NCBI RefSeq assembly: GCF_009914755.1
Contig: NC_060936.1
Length of the DNA: 64,000 nucleotides
Direction: 5' to 3' (one strand)
Origin: the human T2T-CHM13v2.0 reference genome, Homo sapiens
Part shown: piece by piece, positions 43,005-59,105 of the stretch
Layout of the letters: each line of letters opens with the position of its first letter
Numbering within the stretch: position 1 is the stretch's first letter
Translations under genes and position numbers: made by a program
Notes under the pieces: generated by a model
What the model was told of the DNA's origin: nothing
Seen by the model: the letters and a program-made list of their open reading frames with translations, nothing else
Database searches by the model: none

Positions 43005-43744
43005 TGCTATGGAAGCAGGAGCTTGGGAGAGCCAGAGTGACACCATTTTACACTCAACTCCATCTTTTTGTTTTGTTTTGTTTTTTAATTTAGAGATAGG
43101 GTCTCCCCGTGTTGCCCGGCTGGTCTCAACTCCTGGTCTTAAGTAATCCTCCCGACTCGGCCTCCCAAAGTGCTGAGATTATAGGTATGAGCCACAGCAC
43201 CTGGCCAATCAACTCCCATCTTAAAACTAGAAAGGCACACACACACAAAAAGCTAGAAAGGCACACTCCTTGCTGGTCACAGCCTATAGTCATGGTGTGT
43301 TTACAGTTGAGGAAACAGTCTAAAGATGCCTACAAAGACACCCTCCGACAACAATGGAGAGTCCACATGTCCCGATACTCGTATCAACATATGCTCTGAA
43401 GATAATCATAGTTACACCTTGATGTATTAATACTTACACACTAAAACGTCAAGGACAGTTTTCTTTAAATCAACAGAGTAATAAACTCTCTCATGCAGTC
43501 TGCTCACCCACATGTAGAAACAGCTTAGTTTAACCTTTACATCGACAAGACCCCTATACGAGAAAAACTTAAAACAAAGCCGGGGCAGTCCTCTGCTGGC
43601 TTTCTGAGGACGCCCTCCTGTGTAACAGGATAGCTTTCAATAAACTTTCTTCTTACTGCACTCTGTGACTCGCCTTGAGTTATTTCCTGCACGAGATCCA
43701 AGAACCCTCTGGGCTCTGGATCAAGACCCTTTTTTCCACTAACA
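43005..43744 (+). mobile_element. ERV1-class solo LTR (MER41/MER72-like) with an antisense Alu monomer at ~43065-43206
   Basis: TG...CA ends; 3' end caagaaccctctgggctctggatcaagacccttttttccactaaca; TATA-like cctata near 43553 and AATAAA near 43639; 4-bp flanks GAGC/GAAC. Confidence 0.8.
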
Positions 43745-44519
43745 GAACCACGTTATCTCTGCCTTTCAAAGGTAGATTCAAAAGACACAATGATAGTGCC
43801 CTGATTGCAAAGACAAAGGAATAACTTGAGTTATTTTTCTCTTATCTACTTGGACTTTGTATTTGTGTTAAAAATTCAAAACAGTGAAAAGGAGGCCGGG
43901 TGTGGTGGCTCACACCTGTAATCCCAGCACTTTGGGAGGCCACGGTGGGAGGATCACTTGAGGCCAAGAGTTCAAGACCTGCCTGGCCCACATGGCGAAA
44001 CCCTGTCTGTACTAAAAATACAAAAATTAGCTGGGCATGGTGGCGCACGCATGTAATCCCAGCTACTCGGGAGGCTGAGGCATGAGACCTACTTGAACCC
44101 AGGAGGCGGAGGTTTCAGTGATCAAAAAAAAAAAAAGCAGTGAGATAGAAGGCAAATTACAAGTTGTAATATTTTTGTTTTATGAGGGCCAATATGAAAA
44201 CTTCAATTCATGATTATTGCTGAAAATAACTTTTGTAGAGGAAGGGGGTGCGTTAAGAAATAATCCACGCTGGTCAGGCGTGGCGGCTCATGCCTGTAAT
44301 CCCAGCACTATGGGAGGCCAGGCAGGTGGCTCTCTTAAGAACAATCATAATAATAACCCATGCCACATAGAACACTTCAGGCACCACACGACCTCTCAAC
44401 TTTCCCAAATTTTAAGATAGAATGCTTGGAGCGTAAAAGCTTCATGGCCCCGAAGAAAGGATGCTTCATAACATCGGTTTGAGTTGAACCGAGTGGATAA
44501 AGAAAATGTGATATATATT

Positions 44520-44822
44520 ATGGAGTTGGAGACCATGATTCTAAGTGAAGTAACTCAGGAATGGAAAACCAAACATCGTATGTTCTCACTTATAAGTGGG
44601 AGCTAAGCTATGAGGGTGCAAAGGCATAAGAATGATATGATGGACTTTGGGGACTCAGGGGGAAGGGTGGGAGAGGGTGAGGGATAAAAGTGTACAGTGT
44701 ACACTGCTCAGGTGATGAGTATACCAAAATCTCAGAAACTACCACTAAAGAACTTATCCAGGTAACCAAACACCACCTGTTCCCCAAAATCTACTGAAAT
44801 AAAATTTTAAAAAATAAATAAT
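44520..44822 (+). mobile_element. L1PB-like 3' end fragment
   Basis: aagtgaagtaactcaggaatggaaaaccaaacatcgtatgttctcacttataagtgggagctaagctatgag, followed by an A-rich tail. Confidence 0.85.
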
Positions 44823-45655
44823 AATATCAGTGTGGGCAAGTCTTCGTTTAATGAAATCACCACAAACCTCTTGTAGGTCTTCGTGTCTTCTCTGTCCTAT
44901 ATATATTTTTGTAAAGGGCAAAATGTGAAGTTAAGAAGATGTGTTGGGATGTTGTGGGCTCAGATAGGGTGAAGCAGGAGTAGGGACAGTATTACTTTCC
45001 ATATCCCTAAAGCTCCCCAGGAATACTTGAGTGCTAAGGGAGAGTCAGGTAGTAAACACTGATAGTGATAGCACCTTAAGTCATGTATGTGATAAGCTCG
45101 AGGCAGAGCTCCATGCCTTATCTATCTTAAAGATCATCATGATTCTTAAAAGCACCCAGACAAGGCCGATCTCCTGTGAAGCTCACACAGAGCCCAGGGC
45201 CAGGCTGTCTGCCACCCTGGCGGGACTGCTCTTCTCTGAATATTTTGCACAATTTCAAGAAGAGGGAAGTGAGGCCAGGTGTGGTGGCTCACGCCTGTAA
45301 TCCCAGCACTTTGGGAGGCTGAGGCAGGCGGATCACAAGGTCAGGAGTTCGAGAGCAGCCTGACCAACACGGTAAAACCCCATGTCTACTAAAAATACAA
45401 AAATTAGTCGGGCGTGGGCAGCGGGCACCTGTAATCCCAGCTAGTCAGAAGGCTGAGGCAGGAAAATCGCTTGAACCCAGGAGGTGGAGGTTGCAGTGAG
45501 CCGAGATCACACCTACTGCACTCCAGCCTGGGCAACAGAGCGAGACTCTGTCTCCAAAAAAAAAAAGAAGGGGGAAGTGAAAAGTTTCACATTTACTTTC
45601 AATAGATGAACATTGCCTCCTCCAGTTAAACAAACATATATCAAAGGCACTTTAG

Positions 45656-45919
<264 letters not shown>

Positions 45920-47196
45920 TAGAGGGTTTTCACCATGTTGTCCAGGCTGGTCTCGAACTCCTGGCTTCAAGTGATCCACCTGCCTCGGTCTCCCAAAGTG
46001 CTGGGATTACAAGCGTGAGCCACGGAGCCTACCTCAGTCATTAAAAAACATTTTTTTTACACGTCTCCAATTTGCTATCATTTATCAATCACGTCTCTGC
46101 TCATTTATTTATTCCTACCATGTTCTTAGATTAACTTACCACTGAGAAATGATTCTACTGTAAGTAATGCATTGAACAATGATCATGAATACATCTTTTG
46201 GAAACCTCCGACTTACTGGTGATATATCTTCTTGTTAATTTGCTCTGCACCCTAATTATTCTAGCAATAAATAATTATTCATCCACTGATACACTCGATT
46301 ATATCATAAACATAAACCATACTTACAATATATCAGGTAATGTTCTAACTAAGTACTTTATATATTAACTCATTTGGTCCTCACCACAACCATATGATGT
46401 AGACACAAATATTATGAAGATTCTGTGGCACAAAGAGGTTAAATAACCTGTCTAAGACCACACAGCCCATAAGCAGCAAAACCAAGATTCAGACCAAGGC
46501 TGCCTAAATCCACACATGAGCCAAACCCCCGCACATATTGCCTCTCTTTGAAAAAATTTGGGGGTACAGAGGTAGCTCTGTCCATCTCACTGGGGAAGAG
46601 TACAATCTCAATTAACTTTTTCTTTTTAAGTTGAATATATATTTAAGATATATTTCTGCCATCCTGGACAGCACAGTGAAACTTTATCTCTACAAAAAAT
46701 ACAAAAATTAGCCAGGTGCAGTGGCAGGTGCCTGTGGTCCCAGGTACCTGGGAGGCTGAGGTGAGAGGATCACTTGAGTCCAGGGAGGTCAAGGCTACAG
46801 TGAGCCATGATCACACCACTGCATTCCAGCCTGGGCAACAGAGCAAGACCCTGTCTCAAAAAAAAAAAAAAAACATATATATATATATATATAAAATTTC
46901 TGTTTTAATTATATATCAATAATTCTAGTGATACGCAGAGAGAATGTGAGAGACCAAATGGGGCAAAATATCAGTAATCGTAGGTAAAGGGTATACAAAA
47001 GGTCATTACATTGTTCTTGCAAATTTCTAAAACTTTGAATTTTTTAAATAAAAAGTTAAAGGGAATTATTTCATCTTAAATGTTAACATTAATAATATGG
47101 TAAACGTTACATTTTAAAATATAAAAAAAGATTTTAGATTCAAAAATATACACAGATGTATGCAGCTTTTCAAAATGCTATTGATAGTAGTAATAG

Positions 47197-47631
<435 letters not shown>

Positions 47632-47806
47632 TGAAGGTAAGAGGTTGATTTGGAAGTCTCTTGAATTTGACCCTTGTGGAGAAATGAAGAGGGATTAGGC
47701 GGTAGGCGAATGATGCAGCAGCCACAGGCAGCTCTGCAGCTAGGATGGCCCTGCAGAGTTGCCCCCAGCTGGAACAAGGGGCCCAGACTTTAATACTTCC
47801 ACATCA

Positions 47807-48310
<504 letters not shown>

Positions 48311-48329
48311 TCACAGAGCTGGTAAATGG

Positions 48330-48800
48330 TTGTATCCATTCTCCAACACCACATTAGTGCTGCATAACAAGCACCCAAAACTACTAACAGGCTAATAATA
48401 AAAATGTACTTTTGCACATGAATCAACCAGGTTGGCTAAGTCATTCTGCTGATTTGGTCCAAGTTAGTCAGATCTCAGCTGGGCTCCCTCGTACGTTTGT
48501 GGCTATGGGTCAGCTTTCCTCTGCCTGGTCTAGGATGGCCTTAGCTAGGATGACTTACTCTCCTGCACGTGGTCTCTTGTCCTCCTGAGCTTGTTCCTCA
48601 TCATGGTGGGAAGCTTCCCAGACAATGAATGTGGACAAAGCCTTTGGAGCTCCAAGACTAGAACGAGTCCATCATCACTTCTATCACATTCTATTGGCCA
48701 AAGCAAATCACAAGGCCAAGCGCAGAGTCAGTGCGGAAGGATCTTACCAAATAGCATAGACACTCAGAGATGTGAAAAATCAGGGACAAGCAACCATAGT
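48330..48800. mobile_element. MaLR (MLT1-like) LTR fragment
   Basis: tgctgcataacaagcacccaaaac ... cacattctattggccaaagcaaatcacaaggccaag is characteristic of MLT1. Confidence 0.6.
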
Positions 48801-49187
48801 GATGGAGCCCGAATACAAACTCCAGAGACCTCACTCCTAGAGGTCTTACTCCACAGTCATCTCCCAAGCAAATCTTTAATTAGTATCTATGTCAAGTTCC
48901 ACCTAGCCTGGCACTGTGAAAGAGCAAGGTCCTGCTGTTAAGGAGTTTACGGCCTAGATAAGGAGAGGAGACACCCACCATGAAAGTTTGGTAACAAGAA
49001 AGGTAAGGCAAATGTAAGAGGGGCATATGTAGCAGGAATCAGGGGCAGAGGAGGTACTGTGGACCACGTTGGTCCAGGAGGGTCTGGGCAGGGATTAATA
49101 CAGGTCTTGGAGAATGTGCAGACTTGAGTCAGATGGTAAGGAGGGATTCATACCCGCACCTCCTCCTCCTCCTCCCCCTGGTACTGA

Positions 49188-49397
<210 letters not shown>

Positions 49398-51136
49398 TAG
49401 CTGAGACTACAGGTGCGTGCCACTATGCCTGGCTGATTTTTTGTATTTTTAGGAGTGACAGGGTTTCACCGTGTTAGCCAGGATGGTTTCGATCTCCTGA
49501 CCTCGTGATCTGCCTGCCTCAGCCTCCCAAAGTGCTGGGATTACAGGCATGAGCCACCGCGCCCAGCCTGAGGAAAGCAGTTTTCTAAATCCCCTCTCTG
49601 TTGTCTCCTCAGCCCCTTAGGGTTTCCTTTTATCTGCCTTGGCCATGCATTGACAGCCCAGCATGCCGAGGACAACCATATTTCATTGTTACATGGATTT
49701 ACTATCCTCCTTTTGAGGACGTGGGCGAAACATCTTTGTTTTACTGAGCAGAAGGGCAGACGAGATTACCAAAGGGAGGACAAGAGTAGATGGCTCCATA
49801 AAGGAAAGGGAATGGAGCCATGGGAGGGGGAAGATCAGGAAGAGGGGTTGGAAGGAGACAGAAGAGGGAGCAGGAGAGGAGAGGACTGAATAGATACTAT
49901 GAGGAAGAATATTTTGGGGAGAGCGGAGTGAAGATGCTTATTAGGAAACGATGCCGTGTAATAAGCAACAGAGCCCTGGGCTCGGGCTCCAGCCAACAGC
50001 CCTCAGTAAAGACCAGCCCTGGCCAGCAGCCTTCAGTAAATACTTCTCAAAGCTTTAGGAGTTAGATTTCTTGTGTCTTCAAATGCTGAGATGACATTTA
50101 GGGCTGAAACAAGGCAGTCAGTTTTATCTGGTTTCCTTTCCATACACTAGGCTTACCTAGAGCAACTTGTTTATTTGCCTATTGGATAGTAGTTAAAGGT
50201 GCCAGCTTGGGAATGAGGCAATTGAGTTCAAATCCTGACTTTTTTTCTTGCTAAATTTGTCATCTTGAACATGTCATGGAACCTCTCTGAGCCTGTTTCC
50301 TCCCCTGTGATAGGAGTATGATAGTATCTACCTCATAGGATTTTTGTGAGGATTAAATAAAATAAAACATATAAACTATGTGCCTTGCACATAGTTATTG
50401 CTTTAATAAGCTAGCTCTGGCTGGGCGCAGTGGCTCACGCCTGTAATCTGAGCACTTTGGGAGGCCAACTCAGGAGGATCCCTTGAGGCCAGGAATTCAA
50501 GACAAACCTGGGCAGAGAGGGAGACCCCCTTCTCTACAAAAAATTAAAAATTAGCCAGGTTTGGTGGCACACACCTGTGGTCTCAGCTACTTGGGAGGCT
50601 GAGGTGGGAGGATCACTTGAGCCTAGGAGGTTGAGGCTGCAGTGAGCCATGATCGCACTACTGTACTCCCAGCCTGGATGACAGAGCAAGATGCTGTCTC
50701 TTAAAAAATTAATTAATTAATTAATTAAAGTTAGCTATTGTTATTATTGTAATGATCCAATGATTCCAAAATTTAGTTACTTTATCCTCATTTTACATAC
50801 AAGGATGGAGATATAGACAAATCAAATCCAGCTGCCCCCAAAGCCCGATGAAGGGCTTCCCTATGAACCAAGACCCTGGCATGAGACAGAGATGGCTCCA
50901 AGCCTCTGAGCCCTGCACAGTGCATTTGTATTCTAAAAACAACAAACCAACAAGTGCAGGAGCAGTAAGGGAGGCAGAGATCCGTCATTTAGGCAGGCAG
51001 AAATGATTAATGCAAAATTAAGGTAGAAACCGACACAAAATGGGCTGGGCACAGTGGCTCATGCCTGTAATCCCAGCACTTTGGGAGGCGGAGGCAGGCC
51101 AATCACGAGGTCAGGAGATCGAGACCATCCTGGCTA

Positions 51137-51511
<375 letters not shown>

Positions 51512-52865
51512 TTACCTCTGAGATTCAGTCTTCCACCAACTAAGTAGGATGATACCGGTAGCATCTGCCTCTTGGGTTGTTGTAAGGAGAAATGGAATGA
51601 TGTCTTCTGAGCATCCCACTCAGTGCCTGGTGCACAGGGTGCTTCCTCAGACCTTGTTGTCTGCCCATATGAACACAAACTGAGAACACAGTCTCTGAAG
51701 GAAGGCAAAAGGATCCAGGGCTTCTAAACCTGCTAAAATGACTGAACTGTGGTTCAGTTATCCAAAGAGGGGTTCATGATACAGAGAAGCGTATTCCCCA
51801 GAGTACGAGGAAATTAAATTTAAGCTGGAGGTATTTGGGTCAGAGATGACAAAGAACTTCCTGAAAGTCAGGGTTGTCAAATTAAATTAGTAATGATGAT
51901 TTAAGACTGTCGTGCTGCTAGTGTCTACTCTAACAGGAGAATACCAGCTCATCTGCCTGGGCTAGGCAAGGTGTGCCATAATGAGATGGACCCAGACAGT
52001 CAGCCACCCTGGGCAAATGGGCCTCGAAATACATGTGCCCCAAGTGAGGGCTGGCTGTGACCCCGGACTAAGTGACAAGGGCCACAGAGCTAGTAGAAGT
52101 TGGCCATGGGGGAAGGGCTGTTCTAGCTTTGAAGACATTTGCAAGGGTTGACACAGAGCCTTAAACTGCCTAGGTGCATGGATATTTGCGTCATCCTCAG
52201 GTGGAAGAAACCTGAGAGGACCCAGCATCAGCGCAGACCTGAGGGAGGAAATCAAATGACCACTGGAAGGAAGGGGGCTTGAAGGAAGTGACCCCACTCA
52301 CTGAGCAGAGCCACTTGAACAAAGGCATTGACCCTGGAAGAAGCATGGCTGGAGGTGTTGGGCACAGGCAGGAGCCATCCGTGAAGGGCATTAGCCTGCA
52401 CTCCTGTGTGGGTAGAAGTGTTGGACTACAAACCACTTGGGGCCCATTAGACTCAGGAAGGCCAGGCCTCGGAGGCTTGTCCGCTCCTGCCCCCAAAGAC
52501 CAAGACAATGCAATGAGGCTTCATTGCATTTCCAGGGGAGGCCACTAGGGGAGACCATGGCTGTCAGGTGCCATGGGGCAAAGACAGAAGGCCAAGAAAT
52601 AAAATGGCTCCGGACATCTTTCACTTTGGATATGCCCTTGTCATTCCTGAAGGCCTGAGCAGCCTGGAAAGAGAGAAGGATGGGGAACATTTCCACAGCT
52701 GGGAAATTCAGTGCCATGGCCTCAACGTCACCTGCTAAGGAACCTGCTGGGGCTCCTGAGCCACAAAGGCCCTATAGGTCTGGTTAAGATTCCACAGCCC
52801 TTGGCTTGGCGTGGTCACTCATGCCTGTAATCCTAGCACTTTGGGAGGCCAAGGTGGGCGGATCA

Positions 52866-53138
<273 letters not shown>

Positions 53139-56100
53139 TTAGTCCAGCACCTTTTCCTCCTTCTCTACCCAGCCGACTACTACTCATCCCTCAAGTCCCA
53201 GCACAAAGCTTGCCTCCTCTAGAAGCCATCCCTAGCTCCCCTATGTAGTAACTGGTCCTTCCAAAGTGTTCCTGCAGCTCCCAGTTTATCCCTTCTATGT
53301 CTAACTTCCATATCAATATTCTGTTCACCCATCTGTTCATCCAGTGTTCTGTTCACTACAGGGCATGTTGGCATGTGCCTGTGGTCCCAGCTACTCGGGA
53401 GGCTGAGATGCGAGGATCACTGGAGCCTCGGAGGTCTGGGCTGCAGAGAGCTGTGATGGCGCTACTGCACTCCAGTCTGGTTGACAGAGTGAGACCCTGT
53501 CTCAAAAAAAGAAAAAAAATTCCACAGCCTCTCTGGGGCCGCATGTCAAAAGGGTGCCTCAGAGCACAGACCTGGACATCCAGACATCTGACTGGAAGAT
53601 ATGCCACCGTAAATCCCAAGAAGGTAGATCCACCCGATTGTCTTCTAGTCACTTTGGCCATCAGCTTCCAACAGAGGCAAAGGCCTTACATTCTCAGTGT
53701 CCCAGTCTTGGCTCAGTGCAAGACAAGTGACTGATAAACCTCACGCTAAGGCAGAAAGAGCCCTCTTTCCCCTGGGGCAGACATTGCTAAGCCATCTTAG
53801 CATTCTTTCTGCTGAGCCAGCCACAGAATCCTTCTTAAGTTAATGTTCCAGGAACCCACCACCTATCAGAATTAGCCCGCAATTCAGGATCTGAGAGAAT
53901 CTGGAATTTTAAAAAAAGAAAAAGAAAAAAGAATTGGCCTGCAAGGTAAACTTACATGGTATGTTTGCCCTAATGGAGAGGAACATTTAGGTGCATCAAA
54001 GATGTCCTGATGCTACAGTAATCAAGCAGGAAAGGAAACTGAAATTATGGAAGAATTCCAGGTATCTAAAAAGCAAATGTGGTTCCTTTGGGTAGGGACA
54101 GAACAGTACAGGCCAGTCTATCTGCAAGTCATTCTGTCTGGGTCCTCTAGCAAGTCAATCCAGTTCAATTCCCAAACACCATGCCAGTCTTGTGTTAGGC
54201 TGGTCTCTGCCCTCAGGCATAGGCGGCACATGCTAATATCAACTTAGTAGGGAGAACAAGAGTGGTGCCTTTTAAAGAAACATAGCGGTCAAGGCAGCTG
54301 CAAGCAGGGAGGAAAGTGATCAGCCTGGCTGCGGGATTATTAGGAAAGGCTTCGTGAAGGAGGCAGTCCTAGGAAAGACCTCGAAGGAGGTAAGTGGAGT
54401 CGGAGGACAAGGCACCCAGCTGAGGGGAACAGCTTGAGCAAAGGCATGGAGTCAGGAAAGTCGAGGCCGACCCAGGGAATGGGGACACATCTAGGGATTG
54501 AGTAGGGAAGTATAACTGAGGTCAAACTGCGGAGGTCCTGGAAGGCCACAAAGAAGGTTCGTCCTCCTAAGCCACCACCCAGAGACCCTCGGCTCGGAAG
54601 CTGGGATATTCCCAGGGAGCCAACAGGGTAGACCCTCAGGAGGCCTTTAGGGAAGTCTGCCCTTCCCCAGTTTCTTTTTAAACATGCTCTTCCCTCCTCC
54701 AGAAATGTCCTTTCCTCCTTCTCAGCCCAGCTGACTGCTACTCATCCTTCGAGTCCCAACACAAAGCTCGCCTCCTCTAGAAGCCATCCCTGGCTCCCCT
54801 ATGTAGTAACCGGTCCCTCCAAAGTGTTCCCACAGCTCCTGACTTAGTCGTTCTTGGTCTAACTTAAATATCAATGTTCTTTTCGCCCATCTGCCTCCCC
54901 ACTAGTCTGTAAGCCCCTAGAAGTCAGGGCCTCTTATTCTTTTCTATATTCCTACTGTCTTACACATTGCCAGTAAATGTGGAAGGAAGCGGGAGGGGAC
55001 GAAAGAAGAAACGGGAAGCACCAGTTCTGGCCTGAGGCACCAGAGGCTTTGCCCTGTGGCCTGTCCTCCTGGTATTCATCTGCCTCACATGACCTGGCGC
55101 CTCCTAGCTTGAACCCTCAGTTTCTGCCTCGCTCTGGGCAGGGAGGACACAGCTCCCATTAGCTGCCTCCTGTTGCTAGTGCCTGCCAGCCCCTCATTAG
55201 CCCAGATGATCCCCACTTCTGCCCTGAGAGATATGGGCTCAGCAGAGGTCGAGGCACAAATGAGTTTCCCTGACCTTCCTGCCTGGTGAGCCCCTTATGC
55301 CAACCCCAGGCAGTTATCCTCAGGCTGCTATTGGACAGAAGCATTTGATCCTCAGAGCTCTGACCGTGGACACACACTTTACCATCAGTTATGGGGTCAA
55401 TCCAGGGGCCTAATGAGGAGCATCTTACCTGGGAGAAAGTGAGGCATATGACTCAAGCTAGACATGTGAGGAAAGGCTAGGATAACCAGGAATAAAGAGA
55501 AGTATCCAGATGGCATACTCTGGTCCAAGGACCAGATGGCCCCTAGCCTCACTTGGCAGAGGCCAAGCCTCCAGCCTCCCAATTCTTTACATTTCATTCA
55601 GCTCCCTGAGAATGCTCCCCTCAGCCTGCCATAGGAGTGTGCTCTCCGCAGCACAGAGGAGTCATGGAAGTGGAGACTGTGAGAGTGACAGAAGAGAAGA
55701 AACAGAACATGGAGGCCTGCCTCCTAGGCCACACACCTGTGCCCGGCCACACCTCTGGCTTCTAGACTCCAGCTTGCCCTGGGAACCTCTCCTCCCAGGG
55801 AGGCTGAAGACAGGCCCTGGGGCAGTAGTGGGTGGAGACTGGACCTCAACGCCTAGAGGGAAGTGAAAGGGTTAACCACCCCGCCACCCACCACCACCTG
55901 CCACTGGGCCCCTCTAGCCAGCTCACCCCAGAGCACTGTAAGCCCAGGCTTGTCTTTGGTGCTCTCTCAATTTCATCTTCCCTCTTATTCCTCCTTCCCA
56001 CTCCTTCTGGGAGACACTGGGAGGAGAAGCTAGGGGCCATTGGCACCAGCTGTCTCTGGGGTGTCATTTAATACTGTCCGTAATCACCACCTCCTCTCCT

Positions 56101-56172
56101 GGCTTATTAACTCTTTCCCTCATGGCTACTCTTGTCATCCCTGGACATCTCTCTATCTCTGTCTAGCTCTCA

Positions 56173-56173
<1 letters not shown>

Positions 56174-56219
<46 letters not shown>
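56174..56219. repeat. (CA)n microsatellite, ~23 units, ~1.5 kb upstream of the PLEKHG6 island
   Basis: Directly visible. Confidence 0.95.
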
Positions 56220-56223
<4 letters not shown>

Positions 56224-57009
56224 GAATGGGAAGAGGGAAGGGCTAGGAACTAGGCACACTCTGGTTTCTTGCCACTGCAGTTCCTTTCCCACCTGACTTC
56301 ACCCCCGAAAACTAGTCCCACCACCAGCTGGGCCAGGAGCAGGAGACAGGCTGGTTCAAGGAGCTGGAGGAACAGAGGACACTTCTGAACCAGCAGAGCA
56401 ATCACACAACAGCAAGCTCAGAGAAAGAGAATCCCAGAGGGCAGATTTGAGGATGGACACAGGGAATACAAAATTAGAAACTGCCCAAAGATATAGATTC
56501 CTCCTCCAAACAAAATAGAGTCACCAGAGTCCGAGTGAGGACTAGAACACTCTGATCATGTATGCGTTTCATAGCCTAGATGGGAAAAGGGAATAGAGGC
56601 CTTTTCCCCTGGCAACTCAAGGAGATTCTGCTTCTGAAAGTGTTTCCTGAACTTCAGGATGCTCTGAAGAAGTAAGGAGCCGTATCAATCACTGTTGAGT
56701 TCATTGGCAGGAAATAGACCACAGTCAGGGTGAGGGGCTGGGAGCCTCAGACCTGCCACCTGCCAACTACAGGGTCTTGGGTTTCATGGTTGTGAGATTA
56801 TAATGACCACACATCCACAGGACACTTCTATCTCAAATATCCAGTGCTTCTGTCAGACGAGGTGCCATGATTTGGAGAAGTGAAAAGGTGGGGAAACCGA
56901 AGCAGGAGGATCGCTTGAACCCAGGAGTTGGAGTCCATCCTGGGCCACACAGCAAGATATTGTCTCTATTTTCTTTTTAAAAAATAAATTTTAAAAATAA
57001 AGAAAATAA

Positions 57010-57315
<306 letters not shown>

Positions 57316-57619
57316 TGATCCGCCCGCCTCGGCCTCCCAAAATGTTGGGATTACAGGCGTGAGCCATCGCGCCTGGCCCCACAGCATCTATTTTAGCAGC
57401 CACCGCAAGGGCTGGGTGACCCTGGTGTAGCCGGGAGTGGGCTTATTTGCAGGTGAACTGGGAGGGTGCCCCCACCTGAGTCTTAGGTCATAGGAGAAGT
57501 GCGGGTCAGGCCTCAGCTGCCTATCCCTGGAGCAAAGGCAAAGTCCAGGATAGCCTTCCAGTATCACCTTCCACCAGGCAGGCCAGCCGGTCCTCTGAGA
57601 GATAAGGCTCACACTTTGG

Positions 57620-58490
57620 ACTCCACACAGCGACGGGGCCCCCTGCCCCTCCAGCTGGCAGGCGGGCTCCCTGCCTGCTTAGGGGTCTAGGCCGAGGCAG
57701 GGGGAGGACCGGACGGCCGGCCACTCGCCGCGACCAGCAGGAGAGAGGGGTGCCTGCCACAGGTTGTCACCCTCGCCGCCTCCCCCGGCGGCGCCCCGCC
57801 CCTTACTCAGCCCTCATTACTGCAGCGCCTCGCGGGGGTCTGGCCCGGAGTGGAGGGCGCGCGGTCCCAGCCCTCCCGCTCGGCCGGCGGGTGTCGAGTT
57901 CAGGTGCGACCGAAAAGGGGAAAGGAGGGCACCGCCACGTGAGCTGTCCTCTCCGGGGAAGGCGGTGGCTGCGTGAGGGCGGGGGCTGCTCGGTCCCCAG
58001 GGCCCCGCCCCTCTGCCCCTCTGCCCCGAGCGGTGCTGGCGGTAGGGAGGGGCCAGCCCGGTCCCCGCCCTCCTCGCCCGGACCCGCGCTGCCCGGCTCC
58101 CGCGGGCCGCTCGATCCCAGTCCCAGGCTGGGCATCGGGGCTGGCTGGCATCGCCGGGGAGCCGACGGCGACGGGGAGCCCCGCGGGCGGGGAGGGCGGC
58201 GCAGGGCAGCGGGTGCGGTGACACCTGTGGGCACAGGTGAGCGGCGGGAGGGCTACGCGGCCCGGGGGCGGGGCGGCCGGGACCCGGGGCCTGGAAGCCG
58301 GGGCGAAGGGGAAGGAAGGCCTGGCCTCCCGAAGGCGGGAGGAGGGGAGCCGGGGGCTGGGCTGAGACAGGACCCTGGGTAGGGAGCAGTGCGAGGGAGA
58401 CAGCGCCCTCAGAGGGAGGACTATTGGGAGGCGGCAGGAGGGACAGCGAACGTTTCCTCCTCTGCTCCTGAATCGGAGGAAGGTAAGGGA
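57620..58490 (+). promoter_or_regulatory. PLEKHG6: PLEKHG6 CpG-island promoter with candidate non-coding first exons
   Basis: Very GC- and CpG-dense, multiple GC boxes (ccccgccc/ggggcggg), CACGTG near 57936. Consensus-like donors CAG|gtgcga (57904), CAG|gtgagc (58237), AAG|gtaagg (58483). Lies ~1.1-1.7 kb upstream of the first coding exon. Confidence 0.85.
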
Positions 58491-58809
58491 GGGCTGAGGC
58501 AGGACCTCAGGCCCACCCGGTCGGGGCACAAACACCTGCGCAGCCTTCTTGAGCCCACCGCCCCTTAGGAGGCCTCTCCTCTTCCAGGCCCTGCCCACTC
58601 GAGGGCGGGCCCTCCCTCCAGGTTTAGGGGGGAGGGATGGAGCCCCACGCCTGGCCCCCAGCTCCATGGTGGTATTCCCAGAGTCTGGGGAGGACCAAAT
58701 ATATAGCCCGAAACTGGAGAAACTCTAATTCTATCTGGCTGGTCTCTAAGGGCAGTGGCCGGACAGCTGGCCCCACTCACCTCCCTGTCTGTGGTCAGGA
58801 GGGTTCAGG

Positions 58810-59105
58810 TAGGAGATGGGCAAGCCTTTCAGTAAAGGCCAGACAGTAAAGATTAGAGACTTCGCGGCCTACACCGTCTGTCCCAACTAGCAAGAAGCAG
58901 TCACAGGTTATTAGGAGACCAGCAGAAGAGGATGGATTCCAACAAAACTGTGTTTATGGACACTGAATTTGAATATCATGTAATATTTACTTGTCCCAAA
59001 ATATTGGTGGCTTTTTTGCAGGGGGGGCAGCAGTTGTTTCAACTATGTAAATATGTAAAGGCTTACAGGCTGTACAAAAACTGGTGGCAGACTGGGCTGT
59101 CTCCA
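58810..59105. mobile_element. MER58-like hAT-Charlie MITE in PLEKHG6 intron 1
   Basis: gtaaaggccagacagtaaa ... tttatggacactgaatttgaatatcatgtaatattt. Confidence 0.65.

Noticed and set aside
57750-58667. 135-255 aa ORFs over the PLEKHG6 island
   Set aside because: Same GC-content artefact; the real CDS starts at 59615.
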